DNA of 63,383 nt, filler included, from an uncultured Methanosarcinales archaeon (GCA_964608065.1; 3 parts of 3 records of this genome joined end to end with filler, not necessarily neighbours in it); one strand, 5' to 3'; counted from the first letter of the whole stretch, positions 28,394 to 38,562 are shown. The notes: generated by a model from the sequence alone, not told the origin. A program made the numbers and translations.

Positions 28394-29926
28394 ATGGAAG
28401 ATAAAACCGGGAGTGAAGATAAAAACATAGAAAAAGGATTGCTTACATTCTATAATTTTTTAAAAAAAGCCGGAGAGAATGAAGATTTTCTAGCTGTTAT
28501 TAAGGATTTGAAAGAAGTCTGGGATTTAATCAATAACTTCTTTGAGAAGCATAGAGAAAAAAGTGCAGAACTTAGACATGCAATTAGTCTATGGCATGGT
28601 AAAAGTAACAGGGATGTTGCTGACTCATTAAGATATGTTAAGAAAATTCCTAGTATTAATGATATGTTAAAAGAAATTATTGCTAAGGTATTGGATAAGA
28701 TTAAGGAAGATAATAAGGCATATAGAAAACTATACTTACCTTTGGTATCAAATCAAGATATTGAGAGAAGAAGGCAATTGAATAATTCTCTAAAATCATA
28801 TTTTAAGCATATAAAAGAGAATTTTAGGCATTTAAAAAAATTATATAGGCAACAGAACCGTCATTTATTATCACGATCACCTGGACAGATTGAAGAAGAG
28901 CTTAGTGAATATTCTTTCTTATATAGATTGTTTACTGATGAAGCCGAGTTAGATAAAAGATTAAAGCTGAATATCAGAGATTTAATTACAACTATCCAAA
29001 CTCATTTAAGCAATATTGAAAAAGAGAAATATGAGAAAAAGATGAGAATTATTTCTAGGTTGAATATACATGAAATAATGAATCCAAGTGATTATCAGAT
29101 GAAACATTTTTATAAAGATATTATGCAAGTCTATTTTCCTGAACCTGATGAATTAGATCCAGTTGAAACATATAAAAAAGCAGCGCAAATGAGATATAAA
29201 AAAAGGGATTTTGGATATTATAATTTTCATTTGTTTTTGTTGAAATATGGTACTGAGATTGTAGGCTCTTTATTAATGGATTTTTTAGGAGATGAAAAGC
29301 AGGAAAATTGTATAGCAATATTGTGGTTTATAGCAGTAAAAGAACAGTTTAGGAATGAAGGGTTTCCTATGTTAATAGAAGCAGCAAGAAAAGCTGCAAT
29401 TCACGATAAAGATGTTGGGATTTATAAAGAATTAGTTGGAGCTTTTTTTGAGATTGAAAATTATAAATTAGTTCCTAAGGATGTTAAAGTATCTTCAAAA
29501 AAATGTATCCCATTATATAAGAGAAGTTTGCTAAAGGATTATTTCAAAGATGAAGAAATACAATATATGCTTAATCTAAAACCTAATGAAATCCCTAAAA
29601 ATATGTTAGATAGAATTCCTACTAAGTTGATTGACTTATTTTTGATTATGAGGGAAAGACGTTATAGACAACTGGGTTGTAAAAAAATTGATATTAAATA
29701 TATACAACCTCAACTTGATGAAGAAGGAGAACCTGTACATTATCTTAATTGGTATTTTTATCCAATGAAAAAAGAATGGGCTAAAGAAATACCTAGTGAA
29801 AAATTCTTACATGTATATGACTTGTTCTATGAAGGGTATAGTGCTTATTTAGATAAAGAAGAAGACCCAACATACAAAACTATGGTAGAAAGAATAAAGA
29901 AAAAGAAAAGCATTAAATTAATTTAA
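28394..29926 (+). CDS. Hypothetical protein with helical N-half and possible GNAT-like C-half
   Basis: LWFIAVKEQFRNEGF resembles GNAT motif A; FFEIE and YIQPQL segments. Confidence 0.5.
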   Translation: MEDKTGSEDKNIEKGLLTFYNFLKKAGENEDFLAVIKDLKEVWDLINNFFEKHREKSAELRHAISLWHGKSNRDVADSLRYVKKIPSINDMLKEIIAKVLDKIKEDNKAYRKLYLPLVSNQDIERRRQLNNSLKSYFKHIKENFRHLKKLYRQQNRHLLSRSPGQIEEELSEYSFLYRLFTDEAELDKRLKLNIRDLITTIQTHLSNIEKEKYEKKMRIISRLNIHEIMNPSDYQMKHFYKDIMQVYFPEPDELDPVETYKKAAQMRYKKRDFGYYNFHLFLLKYGTEIVGSLLMDFLGDEKQENCIAILWFIAVKEQFRNEGFPMLIEAARKAAIHDKDVGIYKELVGAFFEIENYKLVPKDVKVSSKKCIPLYKRSLLKDYFKDEEIQYMLNLKPNEIPKNMLDRIPTKLIDLFLIMRERRYRQLGCKKIDIKYIQPQLDEEGEPVHYLNWYFYPMKKEWAKEIPSEKFLHVYDLFYEGYSAYLDKEEDPTYKTMVERIKKKKSIKLI

Positions 29927-29928
29927 TT

Positions 29929-30324
29929 TTAATGCATAAAAGGAAAATAAATTAACCAGAACACGCTGCTTATTATAAAGAAAATACCTATCCCTAACAT
30001 TACTTCTGGTCTGTCAAGGAAGGGATTAAGAAATGCTGAGATTCTAGGTATTTCAAAACCTAAGAACTTGGCAGCTAATGCTATTTCAATAATCGCATCT
30101 GCAGCATTGTTAATAAAAAGTATCATTAACATAACTATATGGCCTCCTATATCTGAAAATGTGTGTATAACATCAAGTATAGTCATTATAAAAGAAAAAA
30201 AGAAAGCAATACCCCACAACACACCCCATTCAGGAACAGTATAATACTTTCCAGATAAACCAACTATCAATAACCCAATACCTATTCCAACAAGACAGTC
30301 TTCTGCTTCAAATAATAGCTTCAT
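29929..30324 (-). CDS. Hypothetical membrane protein (about 4 TM)
   Basis: ORF track; hydrophobic segments. Confidence 0.6.
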   Translation of the reverse strand: MKLLFEAEDCLVGIGIGLLIVGLSGKYYTVPEWGVLWGIAFFFSFIMTILDVIHTFSDIGGHIVMLMILFINNAADAIIEIALAAKFLGFEIPRISAFLNPFLDRPEVMLGIGIFFIISSVFWLIYFPFMH

Positions 30325-30357
30325 ATAGAATAGTTTTAATTAATTTCTTTATAAATT

Positions 30358-31122
30358 TTACTTTTTTAACCTAAATAGCATAACCAACCCAACAATAAAC
30401 ATAGGAATGCTCAACATCTGACCCATTGTCAAAGGTCCAACCATAACTTCTGGTTGTCTTACTAATTCCATCAAACTTCTTAACAAACCATACATAGTCA
30501 CAAACAACCAAAACATAAATCCCCTAGGTAAATGTTTATTCCTGACAAACCATAATACAAAGAACATAACCAAATTCTTCAAACTTTCATATATCTGAGA
30601 AGGATGTCTGAATACAGATTTCCCTCCAACAACCTCATTATTGAAGTTCACACCCCATGGTAAATTAGTAACTCTTCCAACCAACTCACTATTCAAAAAA
30701 TTAGCAATCCTTCCAAAACACAATCCTATAGCTAAAGGAATAACAACCATATCTGCTAAATCATAGAAATTTAGTTTCTTCTTCCTAGCAAACAAAAATC
30801 CAGCTATTACAGCTCCAACCAAACCACCATGAAAACTTAAGCCGCCATTCCAGATAGCAAATATCTCCAAAGGATTTGCTAAATAATACATAGGGTCATA
30901 AAACAAAACCAGGAATAACCTTGCACCAACTATAACTCCAATAATTAAATAGAAAAGCAGGTCTGCAACATCATCCTTCTTTAACCCTAATTTCTTTTCT
31001 TTAGCTATTTTATATATCAGAAAATAAGCAATAATAAAACCTAAGACAAATATAATCCCATAATACCTTATTTCAAAAGGCCCCACATTCAATAATACAG
31101 GATTTATATTGTTAAAAAACAT
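30358..31122 (-). CDS. lgt: Prolipoprotein diacylglyceryl transferase
   Basis: IRYYG, GARL, GGLSFHGG, GRIANFLNSEL, RHPSQIYE, YGLLRSLMELVRQP, TMGQMLS. Confidence 0.93.
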   Translation of the reverse strand: MFFNNINPVLLNVGPFEIRYYGIIFVLGFIIAYFLIYKIAKEKKLGLKKDDVADLLFYLIIGVIVGARLFLVLFYDPMYYLANPLEIFAIWNGGLSFHGGLVGAVIAGFLFARKKKLNFYDLADMVVIPLAIGLCFGRIANFLNSELVGRVTNLPWGVNFNNEVVGGKSVFRHPSQIYESLKNLVMFFVLWFVRNKHLPRGFMFWLFVTMYGLLRSLMELVRQPEVMVGPLTMGQMLSIPMFIVGLVMLFRLKK

Positions 31123-31163
31123 TTTAGAATAAATGAAGAACAGAACTATTTAATATTTTTGAT

Positions 31164-32342
31164 TTAACCAAACGAAAGCAAAGCAGGCTTCAACAACAAA
31201 ATCAATCCTAATGCAAGCATCAACAATCCGCCAACTAACTTCAAAATCCTTCCCTGCTTCTCAGTAAACTTATGAGCACTCCTTGTGTATCCAAATATTC
31301 CTACAACAACTGCCAAGGGTATTACATATACTAAGTTATACAGAACTAAATAACCATAATAAGCAAAAGAGGATAAATTATTTAATGTCAATATTCTTGT
31401 ATAAATTGCTGGAAACCCTGCAGTACACAATAATTCAAAAGTATTTGCAGTAAAAGCTAAAACAATTGTTCCTAAAATCATAGCTGGAAGTGCCTGTGCA
31501 TAAACTAAGCTTCTCATCTTCTTGAATAGCTTTGACTTTGCTTTTTCAGGTATTGTTAAAGAAAGACCTTTTTTAAAAAAAAAGAAGTCTTTCATATTGA
31601 TAAGACCCATAACAACTGCAACTACAGCAATTATTATCCTTAAAATATTTACATAACCTACTAAAAGGAAGAAATTAAGCCAAGCAGCCATAAAAATAAA
31701 ATAAACTAATCCAGAAGCAAAAACAAATATGCCTCCAATCAAAAATATCTTCTTCCTTGATTTTGCATGCATCAATAAAGTAAGCAAGAAACATAAAACC
31801 CATATTGCGCATGGGTTAAATCCATCTAAAAAGCCTATTACAACTGTAAAAAATGGTAATGAAATCTTTTTTGCATCAACGTTTCCAATAACAGGAACAT
31901 CTATTATTCCGTTATTTTCCTCTTCTTCAGGCTCACAACTTGGTTCATGTCCAATAAGCATATGCATTGGATCATCGCAGCCATTTGCAATACACCTCCT
32001 AACTGCATTCTCAATCCTTAAACCTATGCCCTCATCATTATCAAAGCCAACAATTGCCTCTTCACCTATAAAAGTAGTTGGAACACCCATTGCTTTTGTA
32101 TTGCAAGCTTCACTTAATTTAACAAATAAATCAGCATTCTCTTTATTATAGTATGTTTCATACTTTATAACTTCTAACTGAGGATATTTCTGCTCTAATT
32201 TATCAAGAAATTTTTTTTCTGTAGCACAATGAGGACAACCATCTCCATAAAAAAAATACATCTTAATATTATCCTGAGCACTAACAGAAATAAGCATAAT
32301 CAAAAACATTACAAACATTATGATTAAAATTTTTGTTTTCAT
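31164..32342 (-). CDS. Secreted glutaredoxin/thioredoxin domain fused to DsbD/CcdA-like membrane domain
   Basis: Signal peptide, CPHC, GVPT cis-Pro, membrane Cys pair DGFNPC and ELLCTAG. Confidence 0.85.
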   Translation of the reverse strand: MKTKILIIMFVMFLIMLISVSAQDNIKMYFFYGDGCPHCATEKKFLDKLEQKYPQLEVIKYETYYNKENADLFVKLSEACNTKAMGVPTTFIGEEAIVGFDNDEGIGLRIENAVRRCIANGCDDPMHMLIGHEPSCEPEEEENNGIIDVPVIGNVDAKKISLPFFTVVIGFLDGFNPCAIWVLCFLLTLLMHAKSRKKIFLIGGIFVFASGLVYFIFMAAWLNFFLLVGYVNILRIIIAVVAVVMGLINMKDFFFFKKGLSLTIPEKAKSKLFKKMRSLVYAQALPAMILGTIVLAFTANTFELLCTAGFPAIYTRILTLNNLSSFAYYGYLVLYNLVYVIPLAVVVGIFGYTRSAHKFTEKQGRILKLVGGLLMLALGLILLLKPALLSFG

Positions 32343-32383
32343 ATTTCATAGAAATTAAAAATAAAAAAAAAAAAAAATATGAT

Positions 32384-33553
32384 TTAACACTGGGCGTTTG
32401 TAGATGATCCTGTTGTTTCAAAACCAAATCCAGGACTTGGACTTGCCGAACTTAACACAGTGTCACACTCTTCAGGCGCTTCGTTAAAAGCTCCGCAGAT
32501 TGTTTTTAATAAAGATGCTGAATCTCTTCCACTATTCACGTTCTGCCCATTAATTGCTAATGAAGGAGATCCAGATATACCATACTCTTTGTTTTCTGCG
32601 TCATGTATCAAAAATGGTGGGAATCTGCCTCCAGACCACTTTTCTTTGTCTTCTAAGTTTTCCATAATTGCAAACTCTTCATCTGCTGCTGCTTTACATG
32701 TTTCTAATGCTGCTGTATCAACACCAACTTCTGTTAAACATTCATCTCCTTTACCTTCTTTTAAGAAGCACTTTAAGTAAGGTAAAAACTTGTCATTTTG
32801 CTCTTTATCTATACAGTACTGGTTTAATTGCTCTAATACTTCTTTTTCACCATGCATTGCATAGTTTACAAACTTAATCTGAATATTAGCTTTGTCACCT
32901 AAAGTTTCCATTACAGGTATGATTCCTTTTTCCATCTGTGTACCATACGGACAATGGCTCATAACAAAAACCTCTACATCTGGCACATCCTTCTTCTCTG
33001 TAACTTCTACTACAGGTTGTGTTGGAGTTTCAGGAACTTCTGGTGTTTTTGAAACATCAATACCTTGTGGAAATAGATATTTTCCATCATTTGTTATATA
33101 TGAATCATACTCCTGTCCATTTATGCTCATTTTCACAACATACAAGTTGCCTTCTTCTTTAACCTCTTTTAATTCCGCAGAACCAGCCCCTTGCATTAAA
33201 TAAGTGTTGATATATTCAACAGCATCATTAGCTGCTTTGTCTTTATCAACAGCACCAGAACTTGTTGATTTTCCAGAAAATCCGTTTGTAAAAATAGATA
33301 CTATAAATAACACACCTAATATTAAAGTAAGTATTTTCCACATATCTGTTTTTTTTACTTTAATCTTTTTATGTACTTCATGTTTATGTTCAACATGCTT
33401 ATGCTCTGTTTTATGATGTTCATGTTTATCTTCTTTTTTATGATCTTCCATATTTTTAACCTCTGTTTTATGTTCTTCTTTATGAGGAGGTTTATGTTGT
33501 TCTTTAGAGCTATGCTCTGTTTTATGTTCTTCAGTCAATATATTCACCCCCAA
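32384..33553 (-). CDS. Membrane-anchored DsbA/DsbG-like thioredoxin-fold protein with His-rich N-terminal tail
   Basis: 14 His in about 55 N-terminal residues, TM, FVMSHCPYG, GISGSPS; probable TTG start near 33538 after GGGGTGA. Confidence 0.75.
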   Translation of the reverse strand: MGVNILTEEHKTEHSSKEQHKPPHKEEHKTEVKNMEDHKKEDKHEHHKTEHKHVEHKHEVHKKIKVKKTDMWKILTLILGVLFIVSIFTNGFSGKSTSSGAVDKDKAANDAVEYINTYLMQGAGSAELKEVKEEGNLYVVKMSINGQEYDSYITNDGKYLFPQGIDVSKTPEVPETPTQPVVEVTEKKDVPDVEVFVMSHCPYGTQMEKGIIPVMETLGDKANIQIKFVNYAMHGEKEVLEQLNQYCIDKEQNDKFLPYLKCFLKEGKGDECLTEVGVDTAALETCKAAADEEFAIMENLEDKEKWSGGRFPPFLIHDAENKEYGISGSPSLAINGQNVNSGRDSASLLKTICGAFNEAPEECDTVLSSASPSPGFGFETTGSSTNAQC

Positions 33554-33584
33554 TTGGTAAGTTTAGGAATAATCCCTATTATAT

Positions 33585-33618
33585 AAAGCTTTTGGAAACT
33601 TAGGTTTCCAAGAGCTTT
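33585..33618. promoter_or_regulatory. 15-bp inverted repeat (operator or hairpin) abutting a TATA box
   Basis: AAAGCTTTTGGAAAC-ttag-GTTTCCAAGAGCTTT with one mismatch. Confidence 0.55.
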
Positions 33619-33663
33619 CTACTTAGAAATGCTATGCATCTCTCTTGTTTAAAGCTTTTCCTT

Positions 33664-35889
33664 TTAAATCTTGATTCTTCTCAATAAATTAGCGTTTGTT
33701 ACAACAGTAATTGAGCTGAATGCCATTGCAGCTTCTGCTATTGCTGGATGCAATAATCCAAGCATAGCAATTGGTATTGCTACTATATTATAGAAGAATG
33801 CCCAGAACAAATTCTGTTTTATTTTCCTGAATGTAGCTTGTGATAATCTTACAGCAGAAACAACTGCAGATAGATTGCCGCTCACTAAAGTTATATCAGA
33901 GCTTTCTATTGCAATATCTGTTCCAGTTCCAATAGCAATTCCGATTTCTGCTTGTGTCAAAGCAGGAGCATCATTAATACCATCACCAACCATAGCTACT
34001 ATCCCTTCTTTTTGCAGCCTTTTAACTTCATCTACTTTTCCATCAGGCAAAACCTCTGCTAAAACCTTCTTAATTCCAACCTTTTTTGCTATTGCATTAG
34101 CAGTTCTCTTATTATCTCCTGTTATCATTACAGTTTCAAAGCCCATTTTATTCAATTCTTTGATTGCTTTAGCAGAATCATCTTTTATTGCATCAGCAAT
34201 TGCAATGATTCCAGCAGGCTTTTTATCAATTGCAACTATAATAGCAGTTTTTGCCTCATTTTCTAATCTTTCTAGTTCTTTTTGAAGATCTGAATAATTA
34301 ATATTACTATCTTTCAATAATCTGTTTCCAATCAAAACTTGTTTCCCATCAACTTTAGCTTTAACACCTTTTCCAGTAACAGACATAAAGTTTTTTGCTT
34401 TCTTCAGTTTTAATTTCATTGATTTTGATTTGTCAACTATTGCCTGCGCTAATGGGTGCTCAGAAGCATGCTCAACACTTGCTGCTAATGTCATTAATTG
34501 TTTATTTGTAAATTTGTTTGCAGTTATAATATCAGTTACTTCAGGCTTTCCTTTAGTTATTGTTCCTGTTTTATCAAAAACAATAGTCTTAGCATTTTTC
34601 ATTAACTGGATAGCACTGCCTTGCCTTATCAATATTCCATTTTCTGCCCCTTTTCCAGAGCCAACCATCAAAGCAGTTGGTGTAGCTAACCCTAAAGAAC
34701 AAGGGCATGCAATAACCAATACAGCAATAGTTGCAAACAATGCTAATGAGAAAATGCTTAAGTCAGGATTGATCCATGGCAAAAATGACTGTGCCCATAT
34801 AATAATGGATTTAAAGAATCCTGGAAATATCATCCAGGATATAAAAGTCAATATTGAAATGCCTATAACAACTGGAACAAATATTGAAGTTACTTTATCA
34901 GCAAAAACCTGTATAGGCACTTTTGTTCCTTGTGCTTCCTCAACCATCTTGATAACCTGGCTTAAGAAAGTATCTTTACCAATCTTAGTTGCCTTTATCC
35001 TCAACATACCTCTTTGGTTGATAGTAGCTCCAATAACTTCATCCCCCTTTTTCTTTTTCACAGGAATAGATTCACCTGTTGCCATGCTTTCATCAACAGC
35101 ACTGTTTCCATCAACAACAACACCATCTGTTGGTATTTTTTCACCAGGCCTTACAATCATAACATCATTAATTATAACTTCACTGACAGGAACTTCAATT
35201 TCTTTTTTATTCCTTATAACTTTTGCAGTCTTTGCACCTAACTGCAACAATTTCTTTATTGCCTGAGAAGCTCTTCCTTTTGCTTTAGTTTCAATATACC
35301 TTCCAGTCAGGTGTATTGCCATGATCATAGCAGCAACTCCTGCATAGTTTGCTACAGGCAAGAAAAATCTGGCTATTCCTATAAGAAAAGCAGCTAAAGT
35401 ACCCATTGCAATCAAAACATCCATATTAGCGCTTTTATGCATAACAGAATTAAACGCAGATTTTAAAGTAGTAGCTCCTGTTATAAAAATAACAGGAAAT
35501 GCTAATATCAAAAAAGAAACATGGAACCATATTCCAGGAATAAGCATTATTCCAAAAAGCATATCAGGAATCATCAATACAATGATAGGTATAGTGAAAT
35601 ACCATGCAGCCCACATCTTCCTTGATGCTGTTTTTAAATTTTTAATATCTTCATCTAATTTGCTTTCTTTTTCATCTCCAATATCCTTTGGATTGTATCC
35701 AGTATCTTTAATTATTTTTCTTATTCCTTTTTCATCAACTATTTTCTCATCAAACTTTACAGTAGCTTTCTCAGTAGCAAGATTAACATTAGCTTCAGTT
35801 ACACCTTCAGATTTGTTCAATGCTTTCTCAATCCTTTGAGAACATGCAGCACAGTGCATACCTCCTATATCTATTATTGATTTTTCCAT
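33664..35889 (-). CDS. copA: Cu(I)-translocating P1B-1 ATPase
   Basis: GMHCAAC HMA, TGES, CPC, DKTGT, SEHP, GDGIND, YN, MAFSS. Confidence 0.96.
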   Translation of the reverse strand: MEKSIIDIGGMHCAACSQRIEKALNKSEGVTEANVNLATEKATVKFDEKIVDEKGIRKIIKDTGYNPKDIGDEKESKLDEDIKNLKTASRKMWAAWYFTIPIIVLMIPDMLFGIMLIPGIWFHVSFLILAFPVIFITGATTLKSAFNSVMHKSANMDVLIAMGTLAAFLIGIARFFLPVANYAGVAAMIMAIHLTGRYIETKAKGRASQAIKKLLQLGAKTAKVIRNKKEIEVPVSEVIINDVMIVRPGEKIPTDGVVVDGNSAVDESMATGESIPVKKKKGDEVIGATINQRGMLRIKATKIGKDTFLSQVIKMVEEAQGTKVPIQVFADKVTSIFVPVVIGISILTFISWMIFPGFFKSIIIWAQSFLPWINPDLSIFSLALFATIAVLVIACPCSLGLATPTALMVGSGKGAENGILIRQGSAIQLMKNAKTIVFDKTGTITKGKPEVTDIITANKFTNKQLMTLAASVEHASEHPLAQAIVDKSKSMKLKLKKAKNFMSVTGKGVKAKVDGKQVLIGNRLLKDSNINYSDLQKELERLENEAKTAIIVAIDKKPAGIIAIADAIKDDSAKAIKELNKMGFETVMITGDNKRTANAIAKKVGIKKVLAEVLPDGKVDEVKRLQKEGIVAMVGDGINDAPALTQAEIGIAIGTGTDIAIESSDITLVSGNLSAVVSAVRLSQATFRKIKQNLFWAFFYNIVAIPIAMLGLLHPAIAEAAMAFSSITVVTNANLLRRIKI

Positions 35890-35897
35890 TTTATAGC

Positions 35898-35966
35898 TTA
35901 TATTTCACATCCTGATAAAGATATGGATACTAACATTAAACATCTTATTAATATTTCCTTCTTCAT
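35898..35966 (-). pseudogene. Lipoprotein signal-peptide remnant or micro-lipopeptide [22 protein letters not shown]
   Basis: Manual translation; MKK plus hydrophobic core and LSGC lipobox, with a stop two residues after Cys. Confidence 0.4.
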
Positions 35967-35968
35967 TT

Positions 35969-36121
35969 TTATTTTTGTACACACTCATCACAACAATATA
36001 ATCTAATAGTATCCTTATGACGCACCCTTATTGGATTTAATCCAATATCCATACCGCATGTATTACAGAATAGGTCACTTCCATATGTTATATCACTGAA
36101 TTTTGAAACACATTTCATCAT
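35969..36121 (-). CDS. 50-aa TRASH/YHS-like metal-binding microprotein
   Basis: MMKCVSKFSDITYGSDLFCNTCGMDIGLNPIRVRHKDTIRLYCCDECVQK*; ATGA overlap with upstream stop; CxxCGM...YCCxxC. Confidence 0.75.
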   Translation of the reverse strand: MMKCVSKFSDITYGSDLFCNTCGMDIGLNPIRVRHKDTIRLYCCDECVQK

Positions 36122-37671
36122 CTACCTCCTCCACAACCACAGCTTCCGCCTTTTGCAGCTCCGCAAGTACTGCTTCCGCAACTTCCACCACAGCTTCCTC
36201 TCTGTCGTTCTGGAACAGCATCAAGCTCTTTTTGTATTTCCTGTTGATTGCTTAAATCAAGATCATCTTTAACAATAAAAACACCTGGTATCATTCCCAT
36301 CCAGCAGCTCCATGAAATAGTTCCAGATTCTGTTGGAGTAAACTCTATTATCTGTTCACCATATTCTATATCAAAATTCAAACCTAATTTTGGAACCTGT
36401 ATAGCATTATTACATCCATTAATATGTTTTCCATCTATAATCCATTTGACAGGAACACCTTTTTTTAAGATAAACTTATCAGGTTCCCAGCCATATCTGT
36501 TGACTTCCATTCTTATTTCCTGGTAGCCATCTTTTAAAATAGTGTCAACACCTGCAGCTGCACCAGTAATACTGTCATCTTTTGCAGAAACTGAAGCTAG
36601 AAGTGTGTTAACATCATATCCTGTCCCAGTTAAAGTAAGACCTCTGTTTATCATAACACCACCCATTATAATAATAATCACTGCAGAAACCTTTAATATT
36701 TTTTTAGTGAATTTAGAGCTAATAACTGTAGCTATTGAGCCAAACCCAAGCATTAAAGGCAATGTTCCTAATCCAAAAACAAGCATAGATAATGCTCCCT
36801 GCAACATACTTCCAGTACCTGCAGCAAATATAAGCATTGCCTGCAACGGACCGCATGCAATCATTAACCCATTCAATAAACCGATTGTAAAAGGCCCTTT
36901 GTTTCCTTTAACAGCACTAGCATTTATTTTGCTCAAGAACTTTGGTCCCCTATACTGTAATTTCCTTAGCCATGGAAATGCATTGATCATATTTAATCCA
37001 TATATTACCAAGAAAGCTCCAGCAACTAATCCCGCAATACCTTTAAATTTTGGTGTGAATGTAACAAAGCTTCCTAGTAATCCAAACAACGCTCCTAAAA
37101 TAACATAAGTTATTGTTTTTCCACTGCCATATTTCAGATGAGATATAAACTTTGATTTCTTGTTTTGTTCTTTATTCATAGCTTCTTTTGTAGTGTATGA
37201 CAAAACAAAACCACCACACATTCCAATACAATGAAAACTTGTTAATAATCCAACTATAAAAATTACAGCAAGGCCCATTCCTGGTGTGATTGTTGGGAAA
37301 TTGAAACTGAATGAATATTTTATTATCCAGAACAGCCCTAATAAAAATAGAATAGACCCTGCTATCATCATATATTTTGAATTTATCTTAGGTAAAGAAA
37401 AACTATAATAATTTTCATCTTGTATATCCTCTGACCTTACTTCTTTTTCATTAACCTCTTCTTTCTCACAAACACACTCATAACCTTTTTTCTTTATTGC
37501 ATTGCTTATCTTATCTAAATTAGTTATATTTTCATCAAACTCAATCTCTGTTTCTTCACTTGCAAAATTAGATTTTGTTGATTTAACACCATCAACACTT
37601 AAAGCAGCGTTTTCAATAATTTTTTCACAACTAGGACAATGCATTCCTTTTGTCTTAATATTTTCTATCAT
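36118..37671 (-). CDS. HMA + DsbD_2/TauE-like membrane domain + cupredoxin fusion with Cys/Gly tail
   Basis: GMHCPSC; HCIGMCGG and GLMIACGPLQ; GCNNAI..SCWMGM; GSCGGSCGSSTCG..SCGCGG tail. Confidence 0.88.
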   Translation of the reverse strand: MIENIKTKGMHCPSCEKIIENAALSVDGVKSTKSNFASEETEIEFDENITNLDKISNAIKKKGYECVCEKEEVNEKEVRSEDIQDENYYSFSLPKINSKYMMIAGSILFLLGLFWIIKYSFSFNFPTITPGMGLAVIFIVGLLTSFHCIGMCGGFVLSYTTKEAMNKEQNKKSKFISHLKYGSGKTITYVILGALFGLLGSFVTFTPKFKGIAGLVAGAFLVIYGLNMINAFPWLRKLQYRGPKFLSKINASAVKGNKGPFTIGLLNGLMIACGPLQAMLIFAAGTGSMLQGALSMLVFGLGTLPLMLGFGSIATVISSKFTKKILKVSAVIIIIMGGVMINRGLTLTGTGYDVNTLLASVSAKDDSITGAAAGVDTILKDGYQEIRMEVNRYGWEPDKFILKKGVPVKWIIDGKHINGCNNAIQVPKLGLNFDIEYGEQIIEFTPTESGTISWSCWMGMIPGVFIVKDDLDLSNQQEIQKELDAVPERQRGSCGGSCGSSTCGAAKGGSCGCGGGR

Positions 37672-37886
37672 TGTTTCACCTTGTATCCTTCCTTTTCAAT
37701 TAATTTTACTATCTCATCCTCTTTTAATTTTGAATCATCAAAAACTGCAATTACCAACCCTTTCTTGTGATTTACTTTAGATTTCTTTACACCAATTTCT
37801 TTTAAAGAATCATTAATCAACATCTCACAGCTTGTACAGCGCATTCCATCCACATTGAATTTCATTTTTTTCATGAACATCACCAA
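37668..37886 (-). CDS. CopZ-like HMA copper chaperone
   Basis: VDGMRCTSC...IEKEGY. Confidence 0.85.
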   Translation of the reverse strand: MVMFMKKMKFNVDGMRCTSCEMLINDSLKEIGVKKSKVNHKKGLVIAVFDDSKLKEDEIVKLIEKEGYKVKQ

Positions 37887-38011
37887 TATAACAATTGGAA
37901 ATATGCTTATTGATATATAATTTAGCTATGAAACCGTTGCTTTAATACAACCTATTTTTACTATTAGAAGCCTCTTTATGTTCTTTACCGTTCTTAAAGC
38001 CTTATTTGGCT

Positions 38012-38521
38012 TTATTTCAGGTAAATTTCCATAGTTTTTCCTTTTGGAACCCTTTTTATAAGTCCTTTACTCTCGAAATCAGATAAAATTGAGCTGAGTT
38101 TTGATTTTGATAGGTCTGTTCTATACCTTAATGTTGACTGAGTAACTCCATCCTGTTCCCTTATAGCTTTCAAAACTTTTTTCTCATATTCATCCATAGC
38201 TTTAGTCATGATATCAAATTTTTCATCTTCTGTCTGAATCTTCTTGTGGTTTTCTAAAGTTTGTATTATCTCTTTCTGACTTTTCTCAAAGAATATTAAA
38301 TAAAATCCTAAAGCAAGCATTGAGAATATGATACCTAAAGCGACAAAGTCTATAGTTCCATAATTATTTTGTTCAGCAGAACACACACCTCCATCTTGCA
38401 TTTCTTCACATGTGCAACTAGACTCATTCATATCTTTAAGTTGATTTTTAAAACTAAAAAAAATTACAGCAATAAATATACAAAAAACAACCATTATTAT
38501 TCCTAATTTTTTATTGTCCAT
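38012..38521 (-). CDS. Two-TM membrane-anchored winged-helix regulator with Cys-containing loop
   Basis: TM, SCTCEEMQDGGVC loop, TM, then GVTQSTLRYRTDLSKSKLSSILSDFESKGLI wHTH. Confidence 0.8.
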   Translation of the reverse strand: MDNKKLGIIMVVFCIFIAVIFFSFKNQLKDMNESSCTCEEMQDGGVCSAEQNNYGTIDFVALGIIFSMLALGFYLIFFEKSQKEIIQTLENHKKIQTEDEKFDIMTKAMDEYEKKVLKAIREQDGVTQSTLRYRTDLSKSKLSSILSDFESKGLIKRVPKGKTMEIYLK

Positions 38522-38562
38522 TTTTAGTTTGTAGTTTTTAGCTTATATATAAAATTTTGTTT

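Noticed and set aside
34430..35266. Long antisense ORFs (for example 278 aa opposite copA, 188 aa at 36542-37108, 186 aa at 62060-62620)
   Set aside because: Fully antisense to well-supported genes and without recognisable motifs.
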